From positions 47,926,001-47,990,000 of the forward strand of contig NC_043007.1 of assembly GCF_006345805.1 (NCBI RefSeq): 64,000 nucleotides of DNA, written 5' to 3'. Made by a program: the position numbers and the translations under genes. Under the pieces are notes generated by a model. The model worked only from the letters and a program-made list of their open reading frames with translations. It had not been told where the DNA came from and searched no databases. Positions 37,969-51,985 of the stretch are shown here, one piece after another. This DNA comes from Octopus sinensis. Taxonomy: Eukaryota. How positions within the stretch are numbered: the stretch's first letter is position 1; the number at the start of each line of letters is the position of its first letter.

Positions 37969-38630
37969 ACTAGCTTAAGACGACCCGCTCTACACGCGGG
38001 TGGGGGTGTGGTTGTTACTTTCTGTTGCTTCCTTTCTGCTTCTTATCGCCACATACTCCCTCTTTGTTTCTCTCTCTTTTCTCTCACTTTACCACTCCCT
38101 TACTCTTCCTTTCTCTCGGACTCTCCCTCGCTTTCTCTTACTCTCTATCTTTCTCTATCTCTCTCTCTCATTTATAAAGAACAAAAGATCTTGAGTAAGT
38201 TGAAAAGGAAAATATTTTGAAAGATATCAGGCAGTGACAACGGAAATGTCCGCTACAGGGTGGACAGCAAAACACTACTATTTAAAAGGGACAGACGAAC
38301 TTGCGAGCTGAAAAAAATTGAAAAAATATTGGAAACCAAGGTTTGAAGGGATATAATCTGAGGATAGTAGACTCACCATGGCTGGTATTTCTTAACGACG
38401 GACAGCAACGTTCTGGTAGTTTAACGGCTAGCTCAAAATTTTGAACTTGATGTAAAAGAAAATTCCAAAACACCAAGTTTCGGAGTGATTCTTTCTCACG
38501 ACAGTAGACTCAACATGGCAAGCATTCAAAACTTCTTCATGACGGACGGCAACACATTGACGATTTAAAAGCTGGCGCAAATGTTTTAGCTTGATGTAAC
38601 AGAGAATTCCTAAACAACTACTCCTGATTT
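37969..38630 (-). mobile_element. Helitron-like non-autonomous insertion specific to duplicate copy B
   Basis: CTAG terminus at 37970-73 with a subterminal hairpin ACCCGC-n7-GCGGGT (37983-38001) and two internal ~120 bp tandem units. Absent at the equivalent site (~29530) in copy A. Confidence 0.65.
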
Positions 38631-38729
38631 GAAAAAAATTATATATGTAATTTATTTTGATCTAATAAGTCTTTTTCTGTTCTGGGTTTCACTTGTGGGT
38701 ACACAGGTATTAAGTACTCTGTTTTTGCC

Positions 38730-39045
38730 GACAAGTTTACTCTCCAACTACGTGGTTCCGAGATCAGTCCCATTGCGCAGCACCTTGGACTGGTGTTTTC
38801 TACTATGGCAACCGACCGACCAAAAGTTTGTGAGTAGATTTGGTGGGCGGAAACTGAAAGAAGCCTGTCGCATATATATATGTTTGTGCTTAGCTGGTGT
38901 TAGTTTGTGTACGTCCCTGTGAAATTGTTGCTCGGCAAAAAGAACGCGACTGAACTTTTAAAAACAAACCCTGGGATCGATTCGTCCGACTAAAACTATG
39001 CCGGTACCTCAATATGGCCCTGGTCCAATAAGTGAAATAGGTAAA
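38730..39045 (+). mobile_element. SINE family B copy, degenerate
   Basis: gtgagtagatttggtgggcggaaactgaaagaagcc. Confidence 0.7.
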
Positions 39046-39828
39046 AGATATGCACACGTAGGTATAAACACATGCGCGCGCACAGCAAATAAATAAAGAG
39101 TTCAACGGCGACGCTTTAAGTTTCCTTTTTCTTTATATCAAGCTTTCTGTCTCTGTTTTCTGAAAATCGCGTTAAAACATATCATTACTAATACTGCTAC
39201 TAATAAACAACTGCAACTTCTACTACTACTACTACGACTACCACCACCGCCACCGCCAGTCACTGTAACAGATACTGCTGCTGCAGATGATAATGCTTGT
39301 AAAGTTACATTGATGCATTGGAAGAATCGTGAGTCCGTTGGAAAAATACTTTGCAGTATGTGATTGGCTCTATTATATTCTCAAGTTCAAATCACTCTGA
39401 GATCAGCTCAATAAATTAAGGTCCAGTACTGTGGCTTATATAATTGTGTAACCACTCCACATGTGTCAAAATTTGAAACCATTATCATTACTATCATTAA
39501 GAAATCATTATTATTATTAACGTTCAGTGTTCAAATATACTAATTTAGTTAGTATAGATATTAATCTTGACATTTGGTGACAATAAGTGTCTTCATTAGA
39601 CACTTTCTTAAGGTTGTTGCAAAATACAGGTCGACAATGCGTGACTCACTTCCAATATAGGTTAGCCTCTTAGATAGCAGTTTCAGTGTTGTGCTATGCG
39701 GACCAGTTACCACAAGAGAAATACTCTTCTTTTCGTTCCATAAAGTCTTCCCGTCTATCTTGCTGTCTTGATACTTCTGAAATTCATTTATATTAACTCT
39801 ACTATTACATAGTTTTTTTTTCTTGTGT

Positions 39829-39865
<37 letters not shown>

Positions 39866-40384
39866 GTCATCTACAATCGTATCTGGTCTTTCTTCAACAC
39901 CCTCAGTTTGTTGCGTGAATCGGTTTTATGTCTTTCCAGCTGTCATCCTTCCTTTCTATTCTTGAATTCTCTCACGATTTCAGTGACTTCCTTGATACTT
40001 CTGGTCTCATAATATTCTTCCTTCTCAATTCAAAACATAGATGGTTTCAGTTGCATTTAACAAACCTCTGCTTTATTCTTTTATGCATGATAAATAAATC
40101 CTAGTAACATTACTTTTAGGCTAGTGCGTGTTATGCGTGGCAAACAGCTCCTAGTCCATCTATGCAATTCCTCTAACTCTGTCTACACTTGCATAAAAAA
40201 CGGATCAGAATATCTCAATACTGACATCGCCCTTATATTCATTAATTTGATATTATCTCTCTTTAGTTTCATTCTAACACATTCCTGGTCCTCTTTCACT
40301 CTTTCAGAACTTGCTTTTTCATTTATCTCTCCATTACTTTATCATTCAGTAACACCCCTAGATACTCGGATCCTTCATTCTCTA

Positions 40385-40505
<121 letters not shown>

Positions 40506-40509
40506 TTGA

Positions 40510-40725
40510 TGGCGGCGGGCTGGCAGAATCGTTATCATGCTGCGTGAAATGCTCAGCGGTATTTCGTCCGTCGTTACGTTCTGAGTTCAAAATTCGCCGA
40601 GGTCCACTTTGCCTTTCATCATTCCGGGATCGATAAAGTAAGTACCAGTTGAACACTGGGGTTGGTTCAATCGACTTAGCCCCTCCTCTGAAATTGCTGG
40701 CCTTGTGCCAGAATTTGAAACCATT
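40510..40725 (+). mobile_element. SINE family A copy (paralogue of 30322-30490)
   Basis: Family core preceded by (ATT)n. Confidence 0.8.
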
Positions 40726-41302
40726 ATTATTATTACTGTTTTTGTTGATGTTGCTGTTGTTAACGTTGCCTGAGTCTTGGATGCATGCTGTATTTTTGTT
40801 TGTTTGTCCTTATCGTGATTTTCCATTTCAGTCTCTCAGCTACTTGACCAGTGCCTAGCAGTAAACGTTTCCATATTTTTGTGTGATCTGGTGTTGTTTG
40901 GGTATTGGCCGGTATCTCTTTTTAAAGTTTTAATTTTTCCAAACACATAATTATTTCGACTATTTTCTGTTCCTATTTCTATTTTATTTGGATAGATTCT
41001 CATATTCCTTTAGAAATACATTTTCGTCTCTTGCAATCGTTATTTCAATAAGGAGACATTTCTTTCACTTATTGTCTTTGGCAATATCTGACAGATTTAC
41101 TTTAATCTTCATGTCTCTATGGATTGGTATACCCAAGACTATGGCCGCTGCGTAATTTTTTGAAAATAAATTCTATCTTTTACAGTCATTTTTGTATATG
41201 TGAGGATTTTCTAATGGTGACATAATTCTGGAGTATGTAAGTTACAATTATGTCACTGTCTCTGTCTGTCCTCGCACTCACACCTTGCTCACACACATAC
41301 AC

Positions 41303-41344
<42 letters not shown>

Positions 41345-41470
41345 TATATATATATACTATATATATATATATACATATATACGTACATACTCACACATGC
41401 AATATATATATATATATATATATATATGCTTGTTGTTTATAATCCTGTCTTCGTCTTTTGCTTTTCAATA

Positions 41471-41529
<59 letters not shown>

Positions 41530-41624
41530 GTGTGTGTATATGTGTGTATATTTATGTATATTTAAAATATAATACTGTATAATGTATATGAATATATAAA
41601 GTATTTTATATACATATGTAAATA

Positions 41625-42692
41625 TATATGTATAAATGTGTAAAGGTGTCTGTCTGTGTGGGGTTACACTTAACTCCTCATGCTCCGTCCAACTCATTTC
41701 GATGATTTTTGGCTCATAGTTAGATCACATGCCCTGAAGTTCAAATGGAATTTTTCGAAAACTTGATAATGCTCAGTTGGCATCGATTTTTGTGAGCTCT
41801 ATCGGGCGTTCGAATGGAAATTCCTTTAACGATGTTAATTTTTCCTGCAGCTTTTGCATTTTTGTCCGATTTTGATGAAAATCGATGAGTGGACGAGACT
41901 CATGGCAGCGAGTTAATGTTAGTATATGGCATTGACAAAAATTCGATAATTGCGCCAGACCAATTTATAAAATCAATAGGTTTTTTGCGTGCAAATAACA
42001 TCAGAGATTTTCTTTTTGGCCGTAACTTATATATTTTTTTATCTGATTTTAAGGAAATTTGAAATGTAGGTAAATTTCGTGGTGTTTATTTAATTCAAAG
42101 GGGCTTGAAAAGGGCACAAATGCAAAAAAGCATTTCCTTGGAGACATTCTTTTCGATTTTGCAGAAATTTTACACGTGATTACAGTTTATGTTCATTAGT
42201 TGATGCCAGCATGAAGAGTTGCGGGTGAGAGGGGGATATTAAATTTTGACGAAAATAGACCCATGAGTAAAGTTAAGCTCTTCGGCATATGAAACGTCGA
42301 TTATTCATATAATGTATTGGGATTTAAAAGTCAATGGGATATATTCATGTAAATAGTCACATGGATTCTAGTTTATGACATAACCTTAACACTTTTTGCT
42401 GGAGTTTGACATGCTGATCAATTTTGTACAGAATAGAGCATTAAGGGGAGGGATATAAACAAACATCACTCTCAACGGATCGAGGTACACACAAAAGTTT
42501 GACTGCGATTTCAGACGGTTCATATATAGGAGTATGTCGAAAGCGTTAACCGGGAAAAATCCCTGCCAAACCAGACATAACGTCTTAATGGGTAATAGTT
42601 GGTACGGGGAACGTAAGAGATTTCAAAACAAGGTCAGAGGTGGGCTTAACTTCAACACAGAAAACACGAGCAACGCCGGGTCCAACAGCTAA
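41625..42692 (+). mobile_element. Helitron/Helentron-like non-autonomous element, ~1 kb
   Basis: Inserted in (TA)n, with gtctgtctgt near the 5' end. The 3' end cgagcaacgccgggtccaacagctaat resembles a Helitron subterminal hairpin plus degenerate CTAG. Confidence 0.5.
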
Positions 42693-42707
42693 TATATATA
42701 TATATAT

Positions 42708-43104
42708 ACTCTTTTACTTGTTTCAGTCATTTGACTGCGGCCATGCTGGAGCACCGCCTTTAATCGAGCAACTCGACCCCGGGACTTATTCTTTTGTAAG
42801 CCCAGTACTTATTCTATCGGTCTCTTTTTCCGAACCGCTAAGTAACGGGGACATAAACACACCAGCATCGGTTGTCAAGCAATGGTAGGGGAACAAACAC
42901 AGACACACAAACACACACACGCATATATATATATACATATATACGACGGGCTTCTTTCAGTTTCCGTCTACCAAATCTACTTACAAGGCTTTGGTCGGCC
43001 CGAGGCTATAGTAGAAGACACTTACCCAAGATGCCACGCAGTGGGACTGAACCCGGAACCATGTGGTTGGTAAACAAGCTACTTACCACACAGCCACTCC
43101 TGCG

Positions 43105-43107
<3 letters not shown>
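42708..43107 (-). mobile_element. SINE family B copy
   Basis: Near-identical to 18405-18798. Confidence 0.88.
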
Positions 43108-43146
<39 letters not shown>

Positions 43147-43181
43147 AACACACATGCATACATATTTACATCCATACAGAC

Positions 43182-43212
<31 letters not shown>

Positions 43213-43265
43213 TAAACGTATATATATGTATAAATATATGTATATATATCTACCATCTATTTCTC

Positions 43266-43297
<32 letters not shown>

Positions 43298-43300
43298 CAT

Positions 43301-43348
<48 letters not shown>

Positions 43349-43399
43349 ATATATATATACACACACGTGTGTGTATGTGTGTGCGTGTAAGTGTATGTA

Positions 43400-44105
43400 G
43401 ACTGAAGAACTTGGAATCAAGAAAGAGTACGGTTGGACATTTATTTATTATTCACAACAATTATTTCGACGCAACGTATATCTCCAAGAACACAGGTATT
43501 TGTTTATGCAACTATTTGTTTGCATAATGAGATCTAGCTTTGTTTTCTCGGGCGATTTGTGAGTGTTGTCTCCATTAGTTTAAAATCGTGGAATGCAAGG
43601 CTATCTTCTCTGTTCGTCGTGGTTTGAATTTAGTAGCGGCTGATAGACCATGGTGTTTGTATCTCTGGTCTGTACTTCATTGTTGGTTGCCACTAGTATT
43701 CAGTGGTGCTATACATACACACATACACAGAGACTCAAATATGCGCTCTCCCATACAAACCTATGTATATATGCCTACATATACACCTATACACACACAG
43801 AGACTCACACATACACTCTCCCACACAAACCTATGTTGATATATATCTGCCATTTAAATGACAGCCAGTCATTCATAACAGTCTGACAAACGCACTCTCG
43901 TGGCAAACACCATGGGACAATCAGCTGCTACTAAATTCAAACTACGACGAAGATGGCTTTGAAGTCTACGACAGACAACACTCGTATATTGCCTGAGGAA
44001 ACACTAGATGTCATTTTGCAAACAAACAGTTGCACTAAGTTGCGTCGAAACAATTGTAGCGAATAATAAATAATTGTCCAACCGTACTCCTTCAATCTTA
44101 CATTC
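43400..44105. mobile_element. Inverted repeat pair (~230-260 bp arms), probable Penelope-like terminal repeats
   Basis: gagtacggttggaca / tgtccaaccgtactc, tttcgacgcaac / gttgcgtcgaaa, gtttgaatttagtagc / gctactaaattcaaac and ccatggtgtttg / caaacaccatgg. Confidence 0.75.
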
Positions 44106-44229
44106 ACACAAGACGAATGCCCAAACTAAAACTTGGAAGTATATAATAATACTACCGATTCTACTGGGTAATTCTGAAGGTGTACGAGCTCTATACTGTA
44201 CTCTACAGTGTTCCTAACGGAATATAACA

Positions 44230-44296
<67 letters not shown>

Positions 44297-44316
44297 TGTA
44301 TATATATGTATATATA

Positions 44317-44350
<34 letters not shown>

Positions 44351-44747
44351 ATGTATATATAAGTATATATATATGTGTGTGTATATATATATATATTATA
44401 GAATGTTGGTACAACAATGCATCAATTACTGGAAATAGCAGTCGATAATATACAATATAATAAAGCTTCACTGTATATACTGACCAAGACGTGTGCGGGT
44501 GACGACCATAAGAAATTTCATCTTAACTGTGTGAAGAAATATATATATATATATTGTATATTTTAAGCCTGATACTTATTCTGTCGGTCTTTTTTTGCCG
44601 AAGTCTTAAGTAACGGGAACGTAAACACCCCAGCATCATTTGTTAAGTGTTGGCAGTGTTGGGAAACAACACAAACACAAAAGCACACAGACACCCACAC
44701 CAGTACACACACACGCATGCACATGCTCATGAACGCGCGCGAGCACA

Positions 44748-45020
44748 CAGTTGTCAGAGATCATGAAGAAAGATAATGCCTTCTAAAAATGACAATGTCT
44801 CTAAAAGAAACAGAGAAACTCTCAAAATACAAGATCTGGAAATAGAGATAACCCAAATGGGGAGTTTAAAAACAGAAACAAACCCTATAATAATAGGTGC
44901 ATTAAGTATGATTAAAAATCATATAGACAACCAGAATACCAAGATTTACGAATATAGGTAACATACACAAAATAGCACTATTAGGCATCGCGCACATCAT
45001 AGGTAAAGCACTTCCAGCAC
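44748..45020 (+). mobile_element. R4/Dong-like LINE 3' fragment (RLE endonuclease end)
   Basis: DLEIEITQM..LKTETNPIIIGAL matches DLEIEVTRMWNLKTETIPIIVGAL at 49269-49622. Confidence 0.85.
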
Positions 45021-45100
45021 AGTGTGTGCCCGGTAATGCAGTAAAAGCACATGAGAAAAATAAGACTATCAAATAATAATAATAATAATAATAATAATAA

Positions 45101-45515
45101 GTACCCTGGTGCAATATCAGGCACTGACTCATATGGCTTCTCATCTGATTGGAAGTGTTATGTATATGTTTTGTCTTGATGTTAAAAATATCCTGCTCAA
45201 AAGCACTGATTCGCATGTCATTTGCTTGATCTTAACCATTTGAGCATATCCCTTGGTGGCTGATATGTGTATTTTTAATCACCAAGTAGTGGGGGAGCAT
45301 CATAGCCATGTGATGAGAGGGATTCTTTGGGGTTTGAATAATTCACCTCTGGAAACATGGGTGTTTCGTTCAACATCCTTAAACAACTCTTATTCATTGA
45401 CCTTTCGAGCGGGATGAGTTACTCATTCTAACTTCTAAAAAGGATCTCGCCTGCAAAGTTATGTGCTCTTTATCTTATGGTTGTCATGCATATGCCTCAG
45501 TACCCTTATCAGGCG

Positions 45516-45517
<2 letters not shown>
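45101..45517 (+). mobile_element. (AAT)n-associated element, degenerate copy
   Basis: Bounded by (AAT)n on both sides. Matches 51982-52533. Confidence 0.75.
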
Positions 45518-45549
<32 letters not shown>

Positions 45550-45552
<3 letters not shown>

Positions 45553-48500
45553 TTAAACGGGAGACGTTTAAAATGTAAGAACGATAAAACAGAGCTCTGA
45601 AATCTATCCACAAACATCGAAAACAAGGACATCGTATGGAGCCAAAGATTTACTAACAAAGGATTGGACTGTACCCGAGTAAGTAATACTCATTGAAATT
45701 TATTACTATTTTCGAAACGAAATGATGTATTTTGACTCGATATCATCTCCACCTCTAACACAACACATGTAAACATGCTTGAAACATTACGATCCATCAA
45801 CACCAGATCATCCCCGACCCCAAATACCATGTACAAAGGAACTACGAAGAAATTAAATACCACCGATATTATTCAACCCAAGAATAACAATCGGGAGGTA
45901 CGTACTTTAAACTTACAACACAAAATGTACGAAAAACTACACGTGCAAAACAATGTGACAACAGAAATGAACGGACCGGTACCCTACGAAAATGACGACC
46001 GTCAAAATAATGGGCCGGGCGTTGTTCCTCATGTCCCGCAAATAAAACCCAAAAGACATAAATGGACATGTGAGGAATACATTTCTATCCTACACGCATA
46101 CTTCACAGCAGTGCTCTACCCAAAAATGAAAACACAACAACACATACATATAAAATATGAAAGGAAAATAGCATAAATATAGACTTGGATACAGCAATGA
46201 ACCCTAATAAACTAGCTAACGTACGAAGATACATTCTCAACGCAAAAAAATATCAGAAATAGAAATAGAACATCTAAAAGAAAAACTACACCAGGAAAAT
46301 GTAGATAGAAGTCACACAACAATGCCCAATAATATAAACACTGAAACAGTAAAACACGAAAACAAACGTAACATTCCCAACAAACACGATGTAAACAAAA
46401 AACAACAAACCCAGACCGTGAGGATGCATAATAATACACGACAAACAGCAAGCCAAAATACGGCAAACAAACATATAAATAAGAAAGAAAGCGACACAAA
46501 GCTAAAACCTGGAAACAACGAAGGGAAGCCTAATGATTATGATAATATAAAAAGTAAAATAGTCAAAGAACTGAAAACCACAGAGCTCAAAATGGACCAC
46601 CGACCATACCTCCCAAAAATCAAAATAGACGAAACAACACCAATTATAAACAGCATAAACCTAGCCGTCACGGAACTAATAGCCACTGAAACAAAAAGCG
46701 ATATCACTGAGCTAAATGACTTAGTATACGCAGCAGCCACTGCAGCCACAAAAGAAGCTGGATACTCACTCAAACCCATCCAAACAGGAGTACCACCACC
46801 CAAACAAACCCTGTGGATAAATAACATCCAAAACAAAATTTAAAAAATGAGAAAAGATCTGTCGATTCTTAATGAAATCAGTAGACAATCAACGCTACTG
46901 AGCAACAAAAAGAAAACAAAAATACTCCGCAAATATAACATCACAGAAAAAGATTTACCTGAGATAAAAGAAAGCCTGAAGCAAGATATCCTTGCCAAAG
47001 CACAAAGGATCCGCCGGTATGAGAAACGCCAGCGCTTCTTTGAACAAAACAAAAAGTTCAACTCCAATCCCAAAAAGTTCTACCAAGAACATGGCAAAAA
47101 TAAAATAGAAATCACTGCAGCACCAACGGCAGAAGAAGTGGAAGAATTCTGGAGAGAAATATGGTCACCGAACGAACAACCAAAAAAAAAAGGAGTATTA
47201 AAACAACAAACTCAGCATCTGAGCAACTTTGGACCCCCATAACAACTGAAGAGGTCACCCAGGCACTGCAAAGACTAAGCAACTGGAAGGCACCAGGGCA
47301 TGACAAGATCCCCAACTTCTTGTTGAAATATCTAACAGGAATGCACAAAAAGCTGGCTGAAAACTTTAACAACATACTAGCAGAGCCAGAGACAATGCCT
47401 GAATGGTTCACGAAGGGGAAAACCATCTTAATTCCCAAATCAAATGAGACAGCAAAGCCAGAAAACTACAGACCAAAAACCTGTCTCCCTACAATGTACA
47501 AGGCATTTACTGCAGTGATATCGAAAAGGTTGAACAAGCACCTGGACGAAAACAACCTATTTCCAGAAGAGCAGAAAGGATGCCGCAAAGGCTCATATGG
47601 CTGTAAAGATCAACTAATGATTAATAAAGCTATAACTGAAGACCGCCACAGAAAGAAGGAAGGCCTCAGTATGGTCTGGATCGACTACAAAAAGGCGTTT
47701 GATAGCATCCCCCACACATGGATCCTCGAAACACTAGCCATTAACAAAGTAGCAACAACAATTATAAAATTCATAGGGCACTCTATGAATAAATGGCAAA
47801 CAGTGCTACAGCTACAAACAAAAGAGGGACTCATGAAAACCAAAGACATCCCCATTAGAAGAGGAATATTCCAGGGAGACACGCTCTCTCCACTCCTTTT
47901 CTGCTTGGCACTGTCACCTCTATCTGATATGCTAAATAGAACTATATGCGGATATAAATGTTACGGCAAAACGATCAGCCATCTTTTATATATGGATGAC
48001 CTAAAACTATACGCTGCAAATGACAAACAGCTGGAAACACTATTAAAGACAGTTCATGGATTTACCAAAGAAATAGATATGAAATTTGGATTAGAAAAAT
48101 GCGCCAAAGTAACCATGAAAAGAGGAAAACTAGTTAAGAGTAGCAACATCACACTAGATAAAACCAATGAAATAAAAGAATTAGACCAAAGCCAAAGTTA
48201 CAAATACTTAGGAATCCATGAACTAGATAAGACACAAAACACACAAATGAAAGAGAAAATAAAAAAAGAATATTATAGACGAGTTAGACCAATACTAAAA
48301 ACAGAGCTCAATGCTAAAAACAAGATAATAGGTATTAACACTTTAGCTGTCCCAGTTATAAGTTACAGCTACAATATCCTTAACTGGACACTAAATGAAC
48401 TGACCAAAATAGATAGGAAAACAAGAAAAATAATGACAGGATCTAGGATGCATCACCCAAAATCTGACATAGAAAGACTATATATATACAACGTATAGAA

Positions 48501-49720
48501 GGTGGTAGAGACCTTATACAGCTGGAAAACTACTATAAAATAACCACCATAGGACTGCAAAAATATCTACTTCAGAAGGAAGGAAAACTGATACAAATAG
48601 CGGCAAAACACGAGCAAAACAAAAAACTGTTCTCAGTATTTAAGGAAGCTGACAAATACAAACAAGAAATCATACCACCTAATAAATATGAAGAAGAAGA
48701 AGAAGAAAGAAGAAGAAGAAGAAGAAGAAGAGAAGAAGAAGAAGAAGAAAGAAGAAAGAAGAAGAAGAAGAAGAAGAAGAAGAAACAACAAAAGCTATAA
48801 AACAAATGAAATCCAAACTAAAAATAGAACAGCAACGAACCATGATAAAACGATGGCAAGAACAGCCCCTTCATGCTAAATACTGCACTAAACTAAACGC
48901 AAAAGAAATAGACAAAGAAAAATCCCAGCAATGGTTGAGAAGCTCAGGACTCAAAGCAGAGACAGAGGGATTTTTAATTGCAGCACAAGACCAAAGCCTC
49001 CCCACCAGAAATTACCAAAAACATGTAATGAAAAGAAATATAACAAGTAACTGCAGAATATGTGGAGATGGACAAGAAACAATAAATCATATTATCTCTG
49101 GCTGCCCAGTCCTGGCTAAGAAGGAATATATTCACAGACATGACAGAGTTGGAACCTACATACACTGGAAGCTATGCCAACATTATGGAATAACAACAGA
49201 AAAAAAGATGGTATAGGCACACACCAGAAAAGGTCACAGAAAACGAGAAAGCAACCATACTCTGGGATATGCCGATACACACAGACAGAGAAATTGAGGC
49301 CAACAGACCAGATATAGTTGTCAGAGATCATGAAGAAAAAAAATGTTTTCTAATTGATGTGTCAATACCAGCGGATGACAACGTGACTCTAAAAGAAATG
49401 GAGAAACTTTCAAAATACAAAGACCTGGAAATAGAGGTAACCAGAATGTGGAATCTAAAAACAGAAACAATTCCTATCATAGTAGGTGCATTAGGCATGA
49501 TAAAAAAATATTCAGACAAATTCATAACAAAAACACCAGGACTTACAAACACATATAACATACAGAAAATTGCACTACTAGGCACTGCACACATCCTACG
49601 CAGAACACCTTCCATACAATAACCATCAGAGCATCACAACAAATCACAGCACATATCTAAGGCACACAGAGCTGCGCTCGGTAGTGAAGTGAAAGCACGC
49701 TATAAAAATAAAACTACTGA
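45550..49720 (+). mobile_element. Near full-length R4/Dong-clade non-LTR retrotransposon (RT, CCHC, RLE), inactivated
   Basis: WKAPGHD, NYRP.TCL, WIDYKKAFDS, GIFQGDTLSPLLF, LYMDDLKL; CRICGDGQETINHIISGC; RHD..RPD..D..K..KY nuclease. (TAA)n tracts on both sides. Several stops and frameshifts. Confidence 0.95.
48689..48790. repeat. (GAA)n expansion inside the LINE ORF
   Basis: The same site in the second copy (51657-51665) has only three GAA units. Confidence 0.9.
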
Positions 49721-49721
49721 A

Positions 49722-49752
<31 letters not shown>

Positions 49753-49832
49753 TAATAATAATAATAATAAATAAAAATAATAATAATAATAAAATAATAA
49801 TAATATAATAATAATAATAAATAATAATAATA

Positions 49833-49871
<39 letters not shown>

Positions 49872-49916
49872 TAATAATAATAATATAATAATATAATAAT
49901 AATAATAATAATAATA

Positions 49917-49958
<42 letters not shown>
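49722..49958. repeat. Interrupted (AAT)n tract
   Basis: Visible simple repeat, forming the LINE tail/target. Confidence 0.95.
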
Positions 49959-49959
<1 letters not shown>

Positions 49960-50371
49960 GCAATAAGCACACAAAAAGTTAAGCGTATGAAAACCCGTCC
50001 TAAATCTGCTGCTTTGGATATTCTTACTGATAAATGGCAAGAAAAACCTCTCAATGGCAAATACCCAAAGAGAGCTAATAATGCCGATGTTGACAAAGTC
50101 TTTACTCATCAATGGTTAGTGTCTCCTGGCTTAAAGTCAGAGACAGAAGTGTTTATCAAAGCAACCCAAAATCAATGCCTACCTACAAGGAACTACCAGG
50201 CCAACATGAACGGCAGCTGCTCAACGTGTTGTGTATGTCAACAACAAAAGGAAATCATTCATCATGTTGCCTCCATGAGCAGTCTTCTTGCGCATACAAA
50301 GTATCTCAACAGGCATGATAGAGCTGCATAATATATTCACTGGATAATTTACCAAAACCTGGACCTGCTCC

Positions 50372-50372
<1 letters not shown>
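49960..50372 (+). mobile_element. R4/Dong-like fragment (zinc knuckle region), different subfamily
   Basis: WQEKPLNGKY..GLKSETE..Q.LPTRNY..C..C..H..YLNRHD. Confidence 0.85.
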
Positions 50373-50402
<30 letters not shown>

Positions 50403-50426
50403 TAATAATAATAATAATAATAATAA

Positions 50427-51815
50427 AACTATCCTAATTCCCAAATCCGCTGAAACGGCAAAACCAGAAAACTACAGACCTATGAACTGTCTCTCTACAA
50501 TTTACAAAGCTTTTACTGCAATAATACTACAGAGATTGAGCAAGCATTGAAAAAACAACCTGTTTTCAGAAGAACAGATTGGATACTGCAAGGGCCCATA
50601 CGGTTGTAAAGATCAACTAATGATCAATAAAGCTATAACTGAAGACAGCCGCAGAAAGAAGAAAGGCCTCAGTATGGCCTGGATCGACTACCGAAAGGCT
50701 TTTTATAGTATTCCCCTCAGATGGATCCTCGAAACACTAGCCATGAACAAGGCAGCACCAATAATTATAAAATACATAAGACACTTTATGAATAAATGGC
50801 AGACAGTGCTATAGCTCCAAACAACAGAGGGACTCGTGAAAACCAAAGCCATCCATATAAGAAGAGGAACAGACCAAGGAGACACGCTCTCTCCACTCCT
50901 TTTCTGCTTGGCACTGATGCGGATACAAATGTTACTGGATGCGGATACAAATGTTACGGCAAACCAATCAGCCAGCTCATATATATGGATGGCCTAAAAC
51001 TATACGCTACAAATGATAAACAGCTGGAAACACTACTACAGACAGTACATGGTTTTACCAAAGAAATAGATATGAAATTTGGCTTTAGAAGAGGAAAACT
51101 AGTTAAGAGTAGAAACATCACACTAGATAAAGCCAATGAAACAAAAAAATAGACCAAAGCCAGGCACACAAATATTTATGAAACAATGAACTAGATACGA
51201 TACAACACACACAAATGAAAGAGAAAATAAAGAAAGAATACTATAGACGAGTTAGATCAATACTAAAAACAGCCTCAATGCTAAAAACAAGATAATAGGT
51301 ATTAACACTTTAGCCGTCCCAGTTATAAGTTAGAGCTACAATATCCTTAACTGGGCACTAAATGAACTAACTTAAATAGACAGAAAAACAAGATTAATAA
51401 TGACAGGATCTAGGATGCACCACCCAAAATCTGACATAGAAAGGCTATATATACAACGTATAGAAGGTGGTAGAGGCCTTATACAGCTGGAAAACTATTA
51501 TAAAATAAGCACCTTAGGACTGCAAAAATACCTACTTCAGAAGCAAGGAAAAGTAATACAAATAGCCACAAAATACAAGCAAAACAAAAAAAACTATTCT
51601 CAGTATTTAAGGAAGTTGACAAATACAAACAAGAAGTCATAATACCTAACAAATATGAAGAAGAAGCAACAAAAGCTATAAAACAAATGAAATCCAAACT
51701 AAAACTAGAACAGCAGCGGACCTTGATAAAACGATGGCAAGAAAACACCTTCATGGCAAATACTGGGCTAAACTAAATGCAAAAGGAGTAGACAGATAAA
51801 AATCCGAGCAATGGT
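50427..51815 (+). mobile_element. Second truncated R4/Dong-like copy (RT region)
   Basis: Collinear with 47420-48940, with more stops and frameshifts. Confidence 0.92.
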
Positions 51816-51921
51816 TGAAGAAGAAGAAGAAGAAGAGAACAACAACAACAACAACAACAACAACTACTACTACAACAGCAACAACAACGACAATAAGAAG
51901 AAGGAGAAGAAGAAGAATATT

Positions 51922-51981
<60 letters not shown>

Positions 51982-51985
<4 letters not shown>

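Noticed and set aside
47161-48498. 445 aa ORF as an active reverse transcriptase or host gene
   Set aside because: It is one piece of a Dong-like ORF broken by a stop at ~46841 and frameshifts near 46150, 47190, 48490 and 49205. Some could be homopolymer sequencing errors.
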